Positions 14,021-27,589 of a stretch of 64,000 nucleotides of DNA are shown here, piece after piece. The position numbers were made by a program, and so were the translations under genes. The notes under the pieces were generated by a model, which saw nothing but the letters and a program-made list of their open reading frames with translations, did no database searches and had not been told where the DNA came from. The stretch is from Epiperipatus broadwayi (lineage: Eukaryota > Animalia > Onychophora). The stretch lies in the NCBI GenBank assembly GCA_028023455.1, contig JAQFVV010000010.1:5208001-5272000 (forward strand). The letters are read 5' to 3'. How positions within the stretch are numbered: position 1 is the first letter of the stretch; each line of letters starts with the position of its first letter.

Positions 14021-14514
14021 CAGTGATCTTCAACCTTGGTCTGTGGCCCGATGCCGCCAAAGTTTGTAGTAACAAAATAATGAGTTTAAACTTTTAATTA
14101 ATATACACAATTTTTATTTATTTTTTCATCTCATTTTTACCCAATTAAAAAAAAAAGAAACAGAATGAAAACAAAATCTAATCAATCATACATAAATTAA
14201 TTTGTTTTTTAGTTATCACAGATGTTTATGGGTGGAAGGGGGTAGAATTAAATTTTTTATTACTTTTCTAAAAAGATTCAAAATTAAAAAAAAAAGTTTT
14301 TTATTATACAAACTCCATATATATATAATTTTATCATCTATATTTAACGTTTTGATCAGTTATAACAATTATGCTCATCTGAAGCTAAACAGTTTACATC
14401 TTTAAGAAAATTTATCTATAGACTTCTGCTGGTCCGTGAAAGCTTATTCTTATTTTTGCCATCATTATCCTTATTTTTACCAGTCCGCAGGTGTGAAAAG
14501 GTTGAAGACCACTG
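14021..14514. mobile_element. Non-autonomous hAT (Charlie/Buster-type) MITE
   Basis: TIRs cagtgatcttcaacc / ggttgaagaccactg; perfect 8-bp TSD gtttaaat at 14013-14020 and 14515-14522. Confidence 0.92.
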
Positions 14515-17050
14515 GTTTAAATCAATAGCAAATTATATAATAAGTTCAGTGAATGTGTCAGCACATTTAGATGAATTGTCATTCAATTTTTATAAGAAAA
14601 ATGACTTAAGATTCCCATGAATGACTGATGGTTTTATAATTCACTGATAAAATGAGAAATATTTTGACAATAAATGTAGAAACAAGAGTTAAACTATTGT
14701 TATTGATATGATTATCTTCTAAAGAACTTGCATGATTTGTTTTGCCAGATCCCTAATAGATTCTGACAAGACCATACAATAATTAATCATTCGGTATTGT
14801 TAATTTTTTATAAACTGTAAATTAGTAAATAATCCAACTCATGGATAAGTAATAGATCTGACAATGCACTATATTGAGAACTTATGGTAAAATTTTAATT
14901 TATTATTCTCAGTACAGGTCTTAACTCATACAATTCGAAATCTGACTCAGAAATTTCACTAGCCATGTCTGTTTGTAAAAGTGAATTTACTCCAATACAT
15001 CATAGAAATGCAAGAAAAAAACATGAGTTCTTTAAAAGCATCAATTCTGAATTCAATAGTTGGTTTATATTGATGTTTAACAATTGCAGTCTTGGATGAT
15101 TCTATGCCACCAGTTAAATTGACAAGGTCAAAAAATGGTGCCTAGAACATTTCCAACACTATCAACATTGTTTCTGTAAATTATTGGCTGCTCATTAATA
15201 TTCACTTAAAAATAGCTTGGTTTCTACAAAGTGTCTAATAAAAATGTCATCTAATATAACAGATAAAATATATTTGTAAATCAAATTTATTATCAAAATT
15301 TACTATTAAGAAAGGCCATATAAGTTATGATGCTTAATTTTCTAATCAATTTACAATTTTCTAGCATCATGTATGTTAGTTGTTATGCAAAAGTTATGTA
15401 TTTCAGAAATCATAAGCAAAGATGTTTAATTGCATGAAAACTATTCACTAAGTTCAGAGCTATTTCTCAATTGGAAACAAATGAAATTAATCATAAAATT
15501 AAGCTAGGATAGATGAGCTTCTGGTAAAAATTATTTATTAAAATGTCTATTTGTGTTTGAAAACAAAGATTTTTAATAAATGTATATATCAATGCTAACA
15601 TAGACATCTGAGACTTGGTAGAACATAGACTACACATTCCAAAGTATATAAAGATATATATTGAGAGTAACAAATATATGAACAAATGTCATTAATATCT
15701 TGAAAAAATTGAAAATGAAATGAGAGTTGGACTTGACATTATTAGAAGAAATGATTATAGATAAACAGTTGCCTTATCACTGTATCATATGAAAAGTTTA
15801 TATATTTACTCAAAATTTCAATTTTTACAGTAACTTCAGTTTAAATGTTGTTAAAAATGTTTCATAAAACATCATAAAAAATAATAAAGCTGAGAAAATA
15901 TATTAATTATAGAATGAAAACAAATTTAAATATTTTTAAAATTATTAAATTTGAATTTATTCAAAAATTAGGAATTTTGACGGATATTTTAAAATAGAAA
16001 TTTTGTTTTAGTAAAATCTTGATTAAAATGTATTGTATTCATCAGTCATATTTCATGCACTTTTCTTGTGATAATAATTTTCTTAGTTCACAATTTAGGA
16101 ATATCTTTTCTAACAAAATAAATATTAGATTCAGTAATAATTTGTTTTCATATATTTAATATTAATAAATTATAATTTGTAAGTGCAAATATACATTACT
16201 AATTATATTTGGACAATTTATACATATCCAAATGTGTATATGAGAATATATGCATGCATACACACAAAAATGTAGACTACACAAATATATATTTATAGGC
16301 TGACCAACTTTTAATCTATTTTTTTTATATATAATGGGATTTTATTAGAATGTAAATTAATATTTAAAAAATACATTAAATATCAGCACTTATATTGAAA
16401 GTATATATTTTTTAATAAATGTTTTTAAAAAACTTAGCAAGTAACTATGCACGAGATGAATGGATGAAATTAGAATATTTTCTGGAGAAGTTATGGATTG
16501 AAGAAACTGAATTAAACTTGGAGAGACCATCTTATGGTGGATCCAAAATGTTTGAAAATAATATTTTATAAAAATGTATTTACAGTAACAAAGTGTTAAA
16601 ATTAAGTGTCATTTTAATACCAGATTCTTTTTCAGCTGAGAATATCAAAATATTTTTATTTTTTCAGTTAAAAGGCAATATATTTGTAAATAATAAGTAT
16701 ACAGTAATTTCCGAGTTTAAAAAAGTTTCTAAAATATCATAGTTCATATATTCAAACTCATATGAGAATAGTTATGTGAAACAAAATATAATTATAGAAA
16801 TTGCTATTTTGAAATATTAAAAAAAAAAACAGCTGCAGTCTGAAAATCACATTTCTTTTATTACTTTCTCCTTATCCATTATATATCATTTCTTTGTGCT
16901 ATTGACTGAAAATAATTTATATAAAATATTTTCACTTGGAAAATAAAATTTTAAATATAAAATATCCTTTAAAAAAATAACTCTGCTGATATATATTAAA
17001 ATTTTATATATGTTGCTAATCATACTTAGAAAAGTATATATATATAAATA

Positions 17051-17080
17051 TTTGAAAACCAGGCAAATCCTCTATACTTA
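17051..17080. mobile_element. Family C 30-bp footprint (both termini only)
   Basis: tttgaaaaccaggc matches the left end and aaatcctctatactta matches the right end of the 51306-51591 element. Inserted in a TA tract with duplicated tatatatataaa. Confidence 0.7.
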
Positions 17081-17399
17081 TATATATATATAAAACTGGC
17101 TTATATGTATTATCAGTTCAAAAAATAAGAGGATATAATTATTATATTTTTCATATTCTCAAGTTATACTTTTATTTAATTTCTGTATAAAAGATTTAAA
17201 ATGTCTTATTATTGGAAGTTTTATTAACGTATTAAAGCAATCAGCTTCATGCCGAGTAATAAATTTTAGATGTTATAAAATTGGTAACAATACCAGAGGT
17301 CAGATAAAATTCATTGTAAGATTTTCCAATAAATTAGCAACTTTTTTCTCCACACTGCATGCAGTGCCATCTTTGAAACAATTTATGTATAACATTTTA

Positions 17400-17640
17400 T
17401 CATGTCTTGATTACGAGCTACCATATGAAATGTACGTTAATCAATGATGGAATGTGTTGGTATTAAATTTTGTTTTAAATTGGATAAAATATTTGAAGTG
17501 ATTCAAACCGTGTGTGGTATTGAAGCAATGATTCACAAGAATGTTTTTAAGAGGTTTGCAAAATTTTGTGATGGCAGGAAGAGCACTGTCACATTTCATG
17601 TTCTAACTCATGACTTAGATGCATTAGTATCTTAGAACAT
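17400..17640 (+). mobile_element. Mariner transposase N-terminal remnant
   Basis: MECVGIKFCFKLDK...AMIHKNVFKRFAKFCDGRKS resembles the mariner HTH start (R.CIKFC.KLG..., VFEW..RF..GR.S). Truncated; no TIRs confirmed. Confidence 0.7.
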
Positions 17641-19474
17641 TTGTGGTGAATAGCTAAACTATGTTGCAACATAATACATGCATTGGATTCAGAGATCCAA
17701 TTATATTTTCACTGGAAAATGCTCTGTGTAGAACAATTTGTGTTAGTGGGTTTTTTTCTTTCTTTTTTGATGTTTAAAATTAAAGTCAGAAATATAAGAA
17801 ATTTTACAAATTCTTTTCTGGCAATCCATAAGTTTATTAAAATACAGTGATTAAAATAGAACTTCATTGAAATAGAAATAATTTTAGATTTTCAATTTTT
17901 TTAAAGTTAAGAGTAGAAATCCTATTATCCTTTTTGTTATTTTTAATTTCATTTTTTTCTTAATAAAAGATTCAATTTTTAATTTTTCTGCTTATGAGAT
18001 TAACTCGTTCTAATTTTCTAACATTAAGAGATTGTCTTACTTTTATAAATTAAATAAACATGAAAGACTTATTCAAAATTTTAATTGTAAGTTGGATTTA
18101 AGAAAGGCTATAAAAGAGATCCACATCAGAAAATTATTTTAATTTTGATGCTGATATTTTAAAATGAAGAGTTGTGAAGAATTTAAAAATTTAGAACAGC
18201 TAGTAGTTAATAGTAGAAAAATCTGAGTGAAATTTATAAACAATATCCTTATTACCATTTTTATATTTGGATTTCTTGTTAATATGGGTAGCTAACTCTC
18301 CATAGGTATTGCTGCTTAAACCCATGTCAAGATTCACCATTACTTTCTCCTTTCTATGAAATATTATACCATATGTCAACAAGAAAAATTAAATATACCT
18401 ACATTCTCATCTTCCAGGTCTACCAGAATAAAAATTAAAGTCACTTAAATAGATGAATTAGTTAGATCAAACAGTTTTGAAATAATTATTCTTATTCAAT
18501 CTTTAACAGTAATTTGACTAGGTAAACCAGAAAATTCTTTATTCACTTTAAAGATATTTTCCAGGATGGAGAAGAGAAATGGATAATTATTGACATTGTA
18601 TTTAGTCAAATTGTTTTATCCACTGCTATTTATTTGCTATTCACACGATGGATAATTTTTAAGAATGCATTCATTACATATTTCTATTTTAATCATACAA
18701 CTTTTGTATTTGTTTCACTTCAATATGTTATACTTGATATTTTGATCACCTGGACGCCTGAGGTAAGAATGGTCTTCCTCTGTGTGTAGTTAGTCACTTT
18801 ATTATGTACTAATAAATACATTATACTGTGATACTCCTATAAAAATAAAACAAATGATGATCATCATCATTCAGAAATACTATTTCATAAACCTGAAATT
18901 ATCAATGTAAAGATTCTTAAGTATGCATGCCCAAAAAGCTTATTCTAAATTCTTAAATCTGTTTATAAAATTTTAATACCATTTATATAAAATGGCATAC
19001 CAATGTGTGGCTAAAGTTGAGTATAAACCATTACATAAATTATTCAATATGTGGTTATAGCTAAGATCAAGTATAAATACCATTAGAATACATACATATA
19101 AAGAATAAAAAGTAAAATATTTCGATTAGAGGATTTACCAACATGTCTTGGGTTAAAAATATAATAATGTTAGCTTATAATAAATGACTAGTAATAATTT
19201 TTCTAAAGTTGATGTTATATGTATGAATGCAAGAAATTTGGGCACCCAATAAATAAATATGGTTAATGATGTCTCTTCACCCTATCAACTATAAACTTGA
19301 ATCAGTAGCATACCAACTGGTATAGCACTAGGTAACCATTGATTATTCAAATTTATAATATATAGCTCTAGAACGGGGTGAAGTCACTTAGTATTGGAAA
19401 CATAAGAATAAGCATGTGAGAAAATCATGTAATGTTGTTGATGGAGTAAAATTAGTAATAATTCTAATGAAATT

Positions 19475-19583
19475 GTCAAGCATTGGTGGTCGAGAGGTTA
19501 GCGAAAGCTGCTTTACAAGCAGTTGTCCCAGGTTAGCGGGTTCGCTTCCTGGCTGATGTTATGACACATGAGAGAGAGAAAAA
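19475..19583 (+). mobile_element. Short tRNA-derived SINE or retroposed tRNA pseudogene
   Basis: A-box-like tggtcgagagg, B-box-like ggttcgcttcc, anticodon-like arm gctgc-tttacaa-gcagt, GA/A tail, and perfect 15-bp TSD aattctaatgaaatt at 19460-19474 and 19584-19598. Confidence 0.8.
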
Positions 19584-21314
19584 AATTCTAATGAAATTTT
19601 ATATCATTGGTTCACAATCTGGATGTAATTTATTAAATTTTATAGCTTTTTTTTTTTTTGACTTCAATTTTTTATGAAAATTATTTGAGTTCGTTCTTCT
19701 TACTCGGACGTTATGATCTATAAAAATATACATGAAATCTACAATGTTGGATTTATGGAGTTATTCTGTATGAATGCATAATCAAATATACACACAAGCT
19801 CATTCAATATAATAAATATACAAAAAACATTTAAAAAATACATAACAATTATGAAAAAAATGTTTTTTTTTAAATTTTTTATTTTTAATATAAACAACTG
19901 GTAACCACGTAATTCATCTATAGGAATGAAAATATCACAGATTATTTTTAATATTAAATAGTTTAGAGGAAGTTCTTATACTAAAAAAAATATTACACAT
20001 TTTATATTTCTGTTGATTTTAAAACCAGATCGTCGAAAATGTAAAAAAAAAAAAAAGTAAACTTTTTTCATTTTTTAATAGTAAATATATACTATTTTTA
20101 TATTTATAAAAAAAAAAAATATTTATTTTTATACAAATAATGATTTATTGATGCATCTCAATATAATTTCTGATGGCAAATTATTTTCTCATAATCAAAA
20201 AAGATTCCAGGCAAAAGGTATTGGGATCAAATAGAATGAAAATACTTGATTGCCAATAATTGCCATTTGCTATTTGTTAGAATCAGTACTACTAAAGTAA
20301 TATATATATATATTTTTTGCTTATATCAGACTTCATTTACAGCAATCAGGAATTCAAGAATTATGAAAAACTAGACACCATTGTCTTATAATTTATATAT
20401 GAAAAAAAAAAAAAGGCAGTTGCGGATTAAAACCATTTCATTTGATAAATAATTGTATTAATCAGTTACATGACATTAAACTTGCAAAGTGATGGGTTTA
20501 GCATGAATATCTTAACTTAATTTTTTATTTTAAAATTGGATGCAGGATAGCTTCTAAACCTTCTATTAAGAGAAATTGCCCAGTATAACACACAATTTAC
20601 ATATCAGTAAGTTATATATATATATTCAAGGGAAACTAAGACAGCAAAAATATTTTCCAAATATAAATAACAAAAAAAATGCTATTATTTTATTATGGTG
20701 ATGCATGGCTGAATTAAGCCATAAATGATTAGAATGTATGGAGGAAACTAATTCATAAAAACTAGATGACAGATCAAATTTATAAAATAAATGATATGAA
20801 CAATCAGTTAGTGACTATCAATGTTGTCATGCTCTTATGATAAAAGTTATTGTAAACAATTTTTTTAATGCATTATATTAACTAGTTTTATATATATGTT
20901 TCATATAAATACATGCATTAATCTACAAACTGAAAAGATGAAAATATAAATTTTAAATACTGTGGTTCTTAATTGAACCATCAGACTAAAAATATTAGTT
21001 AATTCTCAAAGCTACTGGACTATGCCATTTTTAATTAGCAGAAACAGAACATATGGAAATAAGTTGGTATCAACTAACATACAATGCTTGGTGAACATTA
21101 TATAAAGATTTTACTTTTTGTAAGGATCCATCTCTGAAATGATGACTAGTTTATAAAGCTGTATCATATTTTTGGACACTAGTAATGTGAACACAGTGTT
21201 AAAATATCTGTTTGTGGAATTTTCCTACGAAACTTTTTAAAAATGCATCATTATAATTGTTACTCTATAAATTTACTTTGTAAAAAGAGATGATGAGTCC
21301 TTTGAAATATATCA

Positions 21315-22050
21315 ATTATTTAATTCTACTAAACTTGTACTCGTCAAGTTACTATGAAAAGGTAAAATAAAACTAATATGCAAGTCTTAAATGCGCTTTC
21401 TCAATGTCAGCTGGGATTTTATAGCTTCTCTCCATTATCTTAGTCAGCATTTTTCATATTTCAAATTCCTACCGCATCCCTGAATGATATTACTTAATAA
21501 CACCACCTTTAAGCTATTAATTATTTTATCCAGATTATATATATTACTATTTAGCCACAAATTGCAATAATTTGGGAACTCCTTATAAGTCAAACATGAT
21601 TTCAGAAATTGAATTCTTTTGTGTTTCATTGCAAATGACTAATTTATTTTAAACAGCATCTTGTTTAATAGACATGAATCCATAATTATGTAATTCTCAA
21701 TAGTATAACAAGATGGCTTTAAAAATAAATAACTCTATTATAATAAAACATGAAAGAATGAAATCATGTTTGACTTATAATGTGTTCCTAAATTGTTGCA
21801 ATTTGGATAAATACCAATATATATAAAACGGGAATAAATGATTAAGAGTATAAGGTGGTGTTATTATGTAATATCATTCAGAGATGCAATAGGAATTCTG
21901 AAACATACAAAACGCCAACTAAAACATATGTAGAGAAGCTATAAAATCCTGGTTGACCTTGAGAAAGTGCATTTAAAACTTGCATAATAGTTTTATTTTA
22001 CCATTTCATAGTAATTTGAAGAGTACAAGTTTGATAGAATTACATAATCA
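21315..22050. mobile_element. Diverged inverted repeat (~120-nt arms) enclosing a possible Penelope-like ORF start
   Basis: 21315-21432 is the reverse complement of about 21933-22050. The spacer encodes minus-strand MKHKRIQFLKSCL...P, loosely like Penelope-like element N-termini. Confidence 0.45.
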
Positions 22051-24061
22051 ATTATTATCGTTATATTGATTCTCTTAGGCATTTATATAATAGGGAGTGA
22101 CATATACTTGATTATAACTTTGTTTAGTTGATTTATTGTGAGAAATAAAATAATTACAATGCTAATATACATTAGGTTATCTCAATCTGGAGATTATCAC
22201 AAAAGATAGTACTATCTACTATTTTAGACATATCTTTGAATTGAAGATAATCAGAATAACAAATAATGTATTTTACTTAACTGAAATTTATTAATTGAAC
22301 TATTATATCCTATTTCAGTTATGTAAAAAATTAAAAATAAATAAAATATGATAAACTTTAAAATCCCAAAACACAATCAAGCATCCTATTCAGACATTTA
22401 CCAACATCTTAAAAAAAGATCATGAGTGGGAAATTTATGATTTACATAAATAAATTATACTGATTTTTAAAAAATAAACATATCAATTAACTACATTATT
22501 TGCAAATATACATATCTACATAATGAGAATAATGAAAATGTACGTGCAAGTATAAGGAGTTGCAACAACAACAAAGTTGAGAAATGCTCTTATTAATAAT
22601 TAAGTTGTTTAAATTCATATGCTAAATAATAAATAATTAATTTTGACATATTGGCTTCATCAAAATTTCATTGGGAAATTTGAATATGTAAACTCAAATA
22701 TATTCTGTAAGTTTTTCCTTAAAACCATCAAATTCTAAACATTAACTTACAAGATAACATAGAGTTGCTGAACATATATCTGATATTTAGATTTGTGATG
22801 GGATAGAGAATATCCATATGCATTGCATTAGACTAATATTATGAAACTAGAAAAGATTCAAAGAAGTAGGTCAGAAATGTTGAGGCAAAAATGACTTTTT
22901 TTTTACTTGCATATTATATCTAGAATGATCTTAAATTTTGTTTTCAAATGGAAATATGTATACTATTCAGATGGTCTCATTCAGCAAAATTAGTAGTGCA
23001 TTTTTACAACTGCAAAAGGTTAAAATCGATTCATTAACAATCAGTTTTAAAGTACTAATGAATTTATATGACTTTTTAAATGTAAATCTCTTTTAAACTT
23101 TAGGGTTTTTTTTATTAGATGGTAACTGTTTATTGTGCTGATAATAAGTTAATAAGCATGTAATTAGCAATTGTATTATGCACTGTAAGCATATTGCTAT
23201 TACTGATATATATATATATAATAAATTTATATTATAATGACCAAATGCATGTTATTCATTTATCTATCTATTTATCTATATATATTGGATTAGCAAAGTT
23301 TTAATGGAAAAATAATGATAAACAGTGATTAATATATTATTTGAATTATGTATAATTAAAAAAATCCACTAGAATAAAACTACAAAAGTTTAAAAATGGC
23401 TTTATAAAATTGAAGATTAATATTCTTTGCTATAGCCAGCTTACGGTGTATTCCGCGATCTTGAATAGCAATATGTTAATATTTAAATCTTAGTAAACTC
23501 TCACACCAGTAATGTTCCCACATGAATTACTTACTTTCCTTAAATTTAATCCAATAAACATCACATGACCACCACCTCTTATGCTTGTGTATAACTGTTG
23601 TTAAAAGAAACAAAACTCACTATACGTATTGCCACACACAGCAAGCTAGAGTAATCAATGGATGCCAGAAGGCTTGTGCATAAAATCCCTATCTAGTGCC
23701 TACTTATCCAATATTACCAGACTAATTTCTGGCTTGTGGCCTCAGTGAGGAGCCTTAGATCTCTAGCTTGCTGTGTGTGGCAATACGTATAGTGAGTTTT
23801 GCCTGTTTTAACAAGTTATACACAAGCATAAGAGGTGGTAGTCATGTGATGTTTATTGGCTTAAAACCAATCCTGACTAATAGAATAGTGGTGGCTATGG
23901 TTATTAAAGAACCAAAGACACCAAATGAATGGGTACTGAACTGGGTTCAGACCCATATGACTATACAAGCTAATGGCCTTGAATTGAAAACATTAAGGTA
24001 TTTTCAGTGTAAGACTCGTAGTTTTATAGTTAAGTGGAGATAAAAGGTGGTTGCTGGAGGG

Positions 24062-24112
24062 ATTCTCACTGATGAAGGCCACAAGCCAGAAATTAGTCTG
24101 GGGATATTGGAT
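24062..24112 (+). ncRNA. Type I hammerhead ribozyme, family A (stem III C-to-U variant)
   Basis: uucuca CUGAUGA aggc-cacaa-gcca GAAA uua GUC/ ugggga. The upstream stem I extension has been deleted. Confidence 0.65.
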
Positions 24113-24507
24113 GAGTAGGCACTAGATGGTGATTTTATGCACAAGACTTCTGCCATCCATTGATTACTCTAGCTTGCTGTGTGTGGCAATAGGTATAGTG
24201 AGTTTTACCTGTTTTAACAACAATTATACCCAAGTATAAGAGGTGGTGGTCATGTGATGTTTATTGGCTTAAAACCAATCCTGCCTAATAGGATAGTGGT
24301 GGCTATGGTTATTAAAGAACCAAAGACCCAAAATATATGGGTACTGAACTGGGTTCAGACCCATATGAATATATAAGCTAATGCGCTTGGATTGAAAACA
24401 TTAAGGTGTTTTCAGTTTAAGACTCGTAGTTTTGCAGTTAAGTGGAAATAAAAGGTGATTGCTGGAGGTTACATTAGATTGTAAGATCTAGGTGCAGTGC
24501 TCTCAGA

Positions 24508-24564
24508 TCCAAGTCTTCTCACTGATGAAGGCCACAAGCCAGAAACTAGTCTGGGGATATTGAA
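24508..24564 (+). ncRNA. Type I hammerhead ribozyme, family A
   Basis: uucuca CUGAUGA aggc-cacaa-gcca GAAA cua GUC/ ugggga. Six-pair stem I and palindromic ACUAGU stem III. Confidence 0.8.
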
Positions 24565-25672
24565 TGAGTAGGCACTAGATGGGGATTTTATGCACAAGTC
24601 TTCTGGCATCCATTGATTACTCTAGATTGCTGTGTGTGGCAATATGTATAGTGAGTTTTGCCTGTTTTTCCATAAATTGTGAATACTAATACTGTACATA
24701 TAAAGCTTAGTTATTATAATGGAGATCTATTAAGTTTCTATTTTATGAATGTTGTCTGTTTATAGTTAAATAAATTATCACTTGTTTCAATTATTCATTT
24801 AAATGATGTTTTAAAATAAAAATGTTAACTGAATAACAGAAACATTTTTCTGTCAGTATGTATAGTAATTATTTTTTACTGTTTAAAATCAGCTTAGGAA
24901 TGCATTTATAAATTCATTTACATACTATGTTATACATATATTCTATATATATATGGACATATTTAAACACATCAAAAATTGTTATATATCACATTAATTC
25001 ACTATTTTCTAAATTCAAAAATCATAGACTATTTTATAAATTATTCACCCCATAACAATCATTAATAATTATTATATGATGGTTTTTTTTTTTTAGCAAT
25101 TAATAAATAATTAATAAACTACCAATTAAATCATTATTAACTGATAATGTTATTTCTCACAATCAAAGTATATTCATTTCTTCTTCAATTGCCATTGCAC
25201 ATGGATGCTTTGAAAAAATGTGTTTATTTTATATGAATAAAGAAATGATCATTATTTTGCAACAATATGTATAATAATTGGAGATATTTTAAACAATGAA
25301 CTTGGATATTAAAACATTACTATAAAAATAATTTTTGTCAGATATTTTGACAACTAATAATGGAACATATAATTTATCCAAAATTAATCCATTTATTATA
25401 TGCACTTTTTTCTGTAACAAGTAAAAAAAAAAAAAGAATGAATAAAAAAATGACTGTTTCTCTTTGTACTCTTGTTCAATTTTTATAAGAGCTATGATCA
25501 ACAAAAATCAAATATGACTTTTAACAGTGTTTAAAAATATATGGAAGAATCAATACCAACAAGAAATACCATACTTGAATATATTTTCCCCATCACATGT
25601 AACTACATACATATCACTTAAAATTTTAAATTAATATAAATTATAATAAAAAATAACATTTTGAGTTATAAT

Positions 25673-25896
25673 TAAACTGAGAGAGTGCAAACCTCTCAAG
25701 CGCTTAGCCAATCAGATCACAAATACTGAGACAGAGAATTTAACAAGAAAGAAAGACAAGTAAAGATGAAAGTGGAACCACTCTTTTCTTGTTAAATTCT
25801 CTGTCTCAGTATTTGTGATCTGATTGGCTAAGCGCTTGAGAGGTTTGCACTCTCTCAGTTTAATTTCAATACCGTCTATGCTTCGTAAAATAAATA
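25673..25896. mobile_element. Young foldback insertion with asymmetric extension
   Basis: Apparently perfect inverted arms of about 80 nt (ttaaactgagag...aacaagaaa / tttcttgtt...ctcagtttaa), a ~30-nt one-sided extension, and a 13-bp TSD tttgagttataat at 25660-25672 and 25897-25909. Confidence 0.85.
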
Positions 25897-27589
25897 TTTG
25901 AGTTATAATATAAATTTTAGAATAATAAATAATATTAATAAACAATAACACAAAGTACAAACAAGATCTTTTCAAATAAATAGTAATATCTTTTTATGTA
26001 CATATATAAGATTACCATTTATTTTATTATTGCACACCACAATATTGTAGTCATTTATTTGTATATTTTTATCTTGCTTACATATATAAATGTGCGTAAC
26101 GTGAACAATTTCAAATTAAAAAAATGTTTTTCCAGGTTATGCAAAAAATCAGACAAAAAGCTATTCATGTGAAGAATGATCAATAAATGAAAGATTTTTA
26201 AAGGATCCTGAATACTATTATGGCTATTCATGATATCTAAAATTATTGCTGATATTTCAATAACACTGGTCATATTTTTAAGGTAGTAATATTAGGGTTC
26301 CACAGAAATCTGAATGTTATTTCTATTCAGAAAAAAATAATGTTATTAAAATGTCTGTAAAGAATCTTAAATATTATGCATGGGCATACTAGTGATCAGG
26401 ATTCTTTTCAAGTCCATCCATTTACTGCTCTTTCTTAATTCTAACTACCTTTTAAAGACCCCTATCCAATCATGACGCATGTACACATTTAGTTAAATAT
26501 ATGCTATTTTAGTTAATTATGGTACTGTTTAATGCACTGTACTGTACCTTAATTATTTATAATTAAAATATGTAGTTAAATTTTTATTAAAACTAGAATC
26601 TAAAACTATTTTATTTAAAAGGGGATTTTCCAAGCCACATTGTCTTTATAGAATACTCCTATTCCTATGGGAAAAGTTTCTTTTCATATATATATATAAA
26701 AGCTGAACTTCTTTATATATATGTACACTTTCTTTGCCAGTTGTGATAACTGAACAATATAATAGTCATTGATGGCACTGATAATTATGGGACAAGTCCC
26801 ATTATTTCCCCAGTTATAAATAGCCAGATATTCACTTATGATTATTTCGATGTTGGTCAGAAAATGGATAATTTGCAATTTTCTTTATCTCAAAATATAT
26901 AACTTATATCAGTAAAATGTACTTTTAATTTATTTTCATTGATGATTCACAAAATACTTTGAACATTACTGATTACTGCATTAGGATTTTTTATTTTTAT
27001 ATTTATGAATTCAATTAAAAAATTATCAATAAAAAACTCCATGCTTGGATTGAAGGCAATAGATATGGCAGGCTGATATATTACCAACTATGTTATAAAA
27101 ATAAAAAATACATATATGTGTGTGCGCAACATAGCAAATATATAACTTCTAGTTTAATATTTATGTAAGTGCTCAATTAAAAAAGTTTCAAATCTATATA
27201 TTTTTATTTGAGAAACAAATTTTTTTTTTTTTTTTATAATCTTGGCAAGCCTTAAACTCTTTACTTGATCTTAATTTTATAATATCTAAATCTGAACTGT
27301 ACATTCAAATGTTAGTTCATTAAAAAATATTTTCTTTGCCTGATAATGGATTACTGAATTTTAAACCAGAAAACATTAGAAATTAAGTAGATTTCCAATG
27401 CATAAAAATTAAATTTGAATAAGATTGTCAATCTAATAAATGATATTTAAGTCTAATTAATTCACAATTCTTCCTTACATGGATTGTTAAGTAAGAAGAA
27501 ATATAAAGATTATAGTATCAAGTTTTTAATATCATTGCAAGGTGTTTGCATAGAACAAAAAACAAAATAAACAAGTTCAAATTACATAA

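Larger units (their letters stand above)
23547..24666 (+). mobile_element. Family A HHR retroelement: inverted 5' arm plus tandem 453-nt monomers (retrozyme-like)
   Basis: Minus arm 23547-23760, then about two plus-strand units. HHR cores at 24069 and 24522; predicted cleavage sites at 24098 and 24551 (453 nt apart). Candidate TSD tttcc(t/a)taaatt at 23535-23546 and 24667-24678. Confidence 0.9.

Noticed and set aside
18755-18770. Strong splice donor-like gag/gtaaga on the plus strand
   Set aside because: No convincing upstream acceptor or recognisable reading frame.
19215-19420. NARNL peptide resembling a CR1/L2 endonuclease start
   Set aside because: Single short motif with no further support.
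23768-24043. 91-aa ORF and other ORFs in the family A/B repeats (27725-27940, 62043-62246)
   Set aside because: The frames are not conserved between repeat copies, so the elements are non-coding.
23547-24666. CRISPR-like or prokaryotic repeat interpretation of the arrays
   Set aside because: The sequence is a eukaryotic intron-exon context, units are hundreds of nt long and there are no unique spacers.
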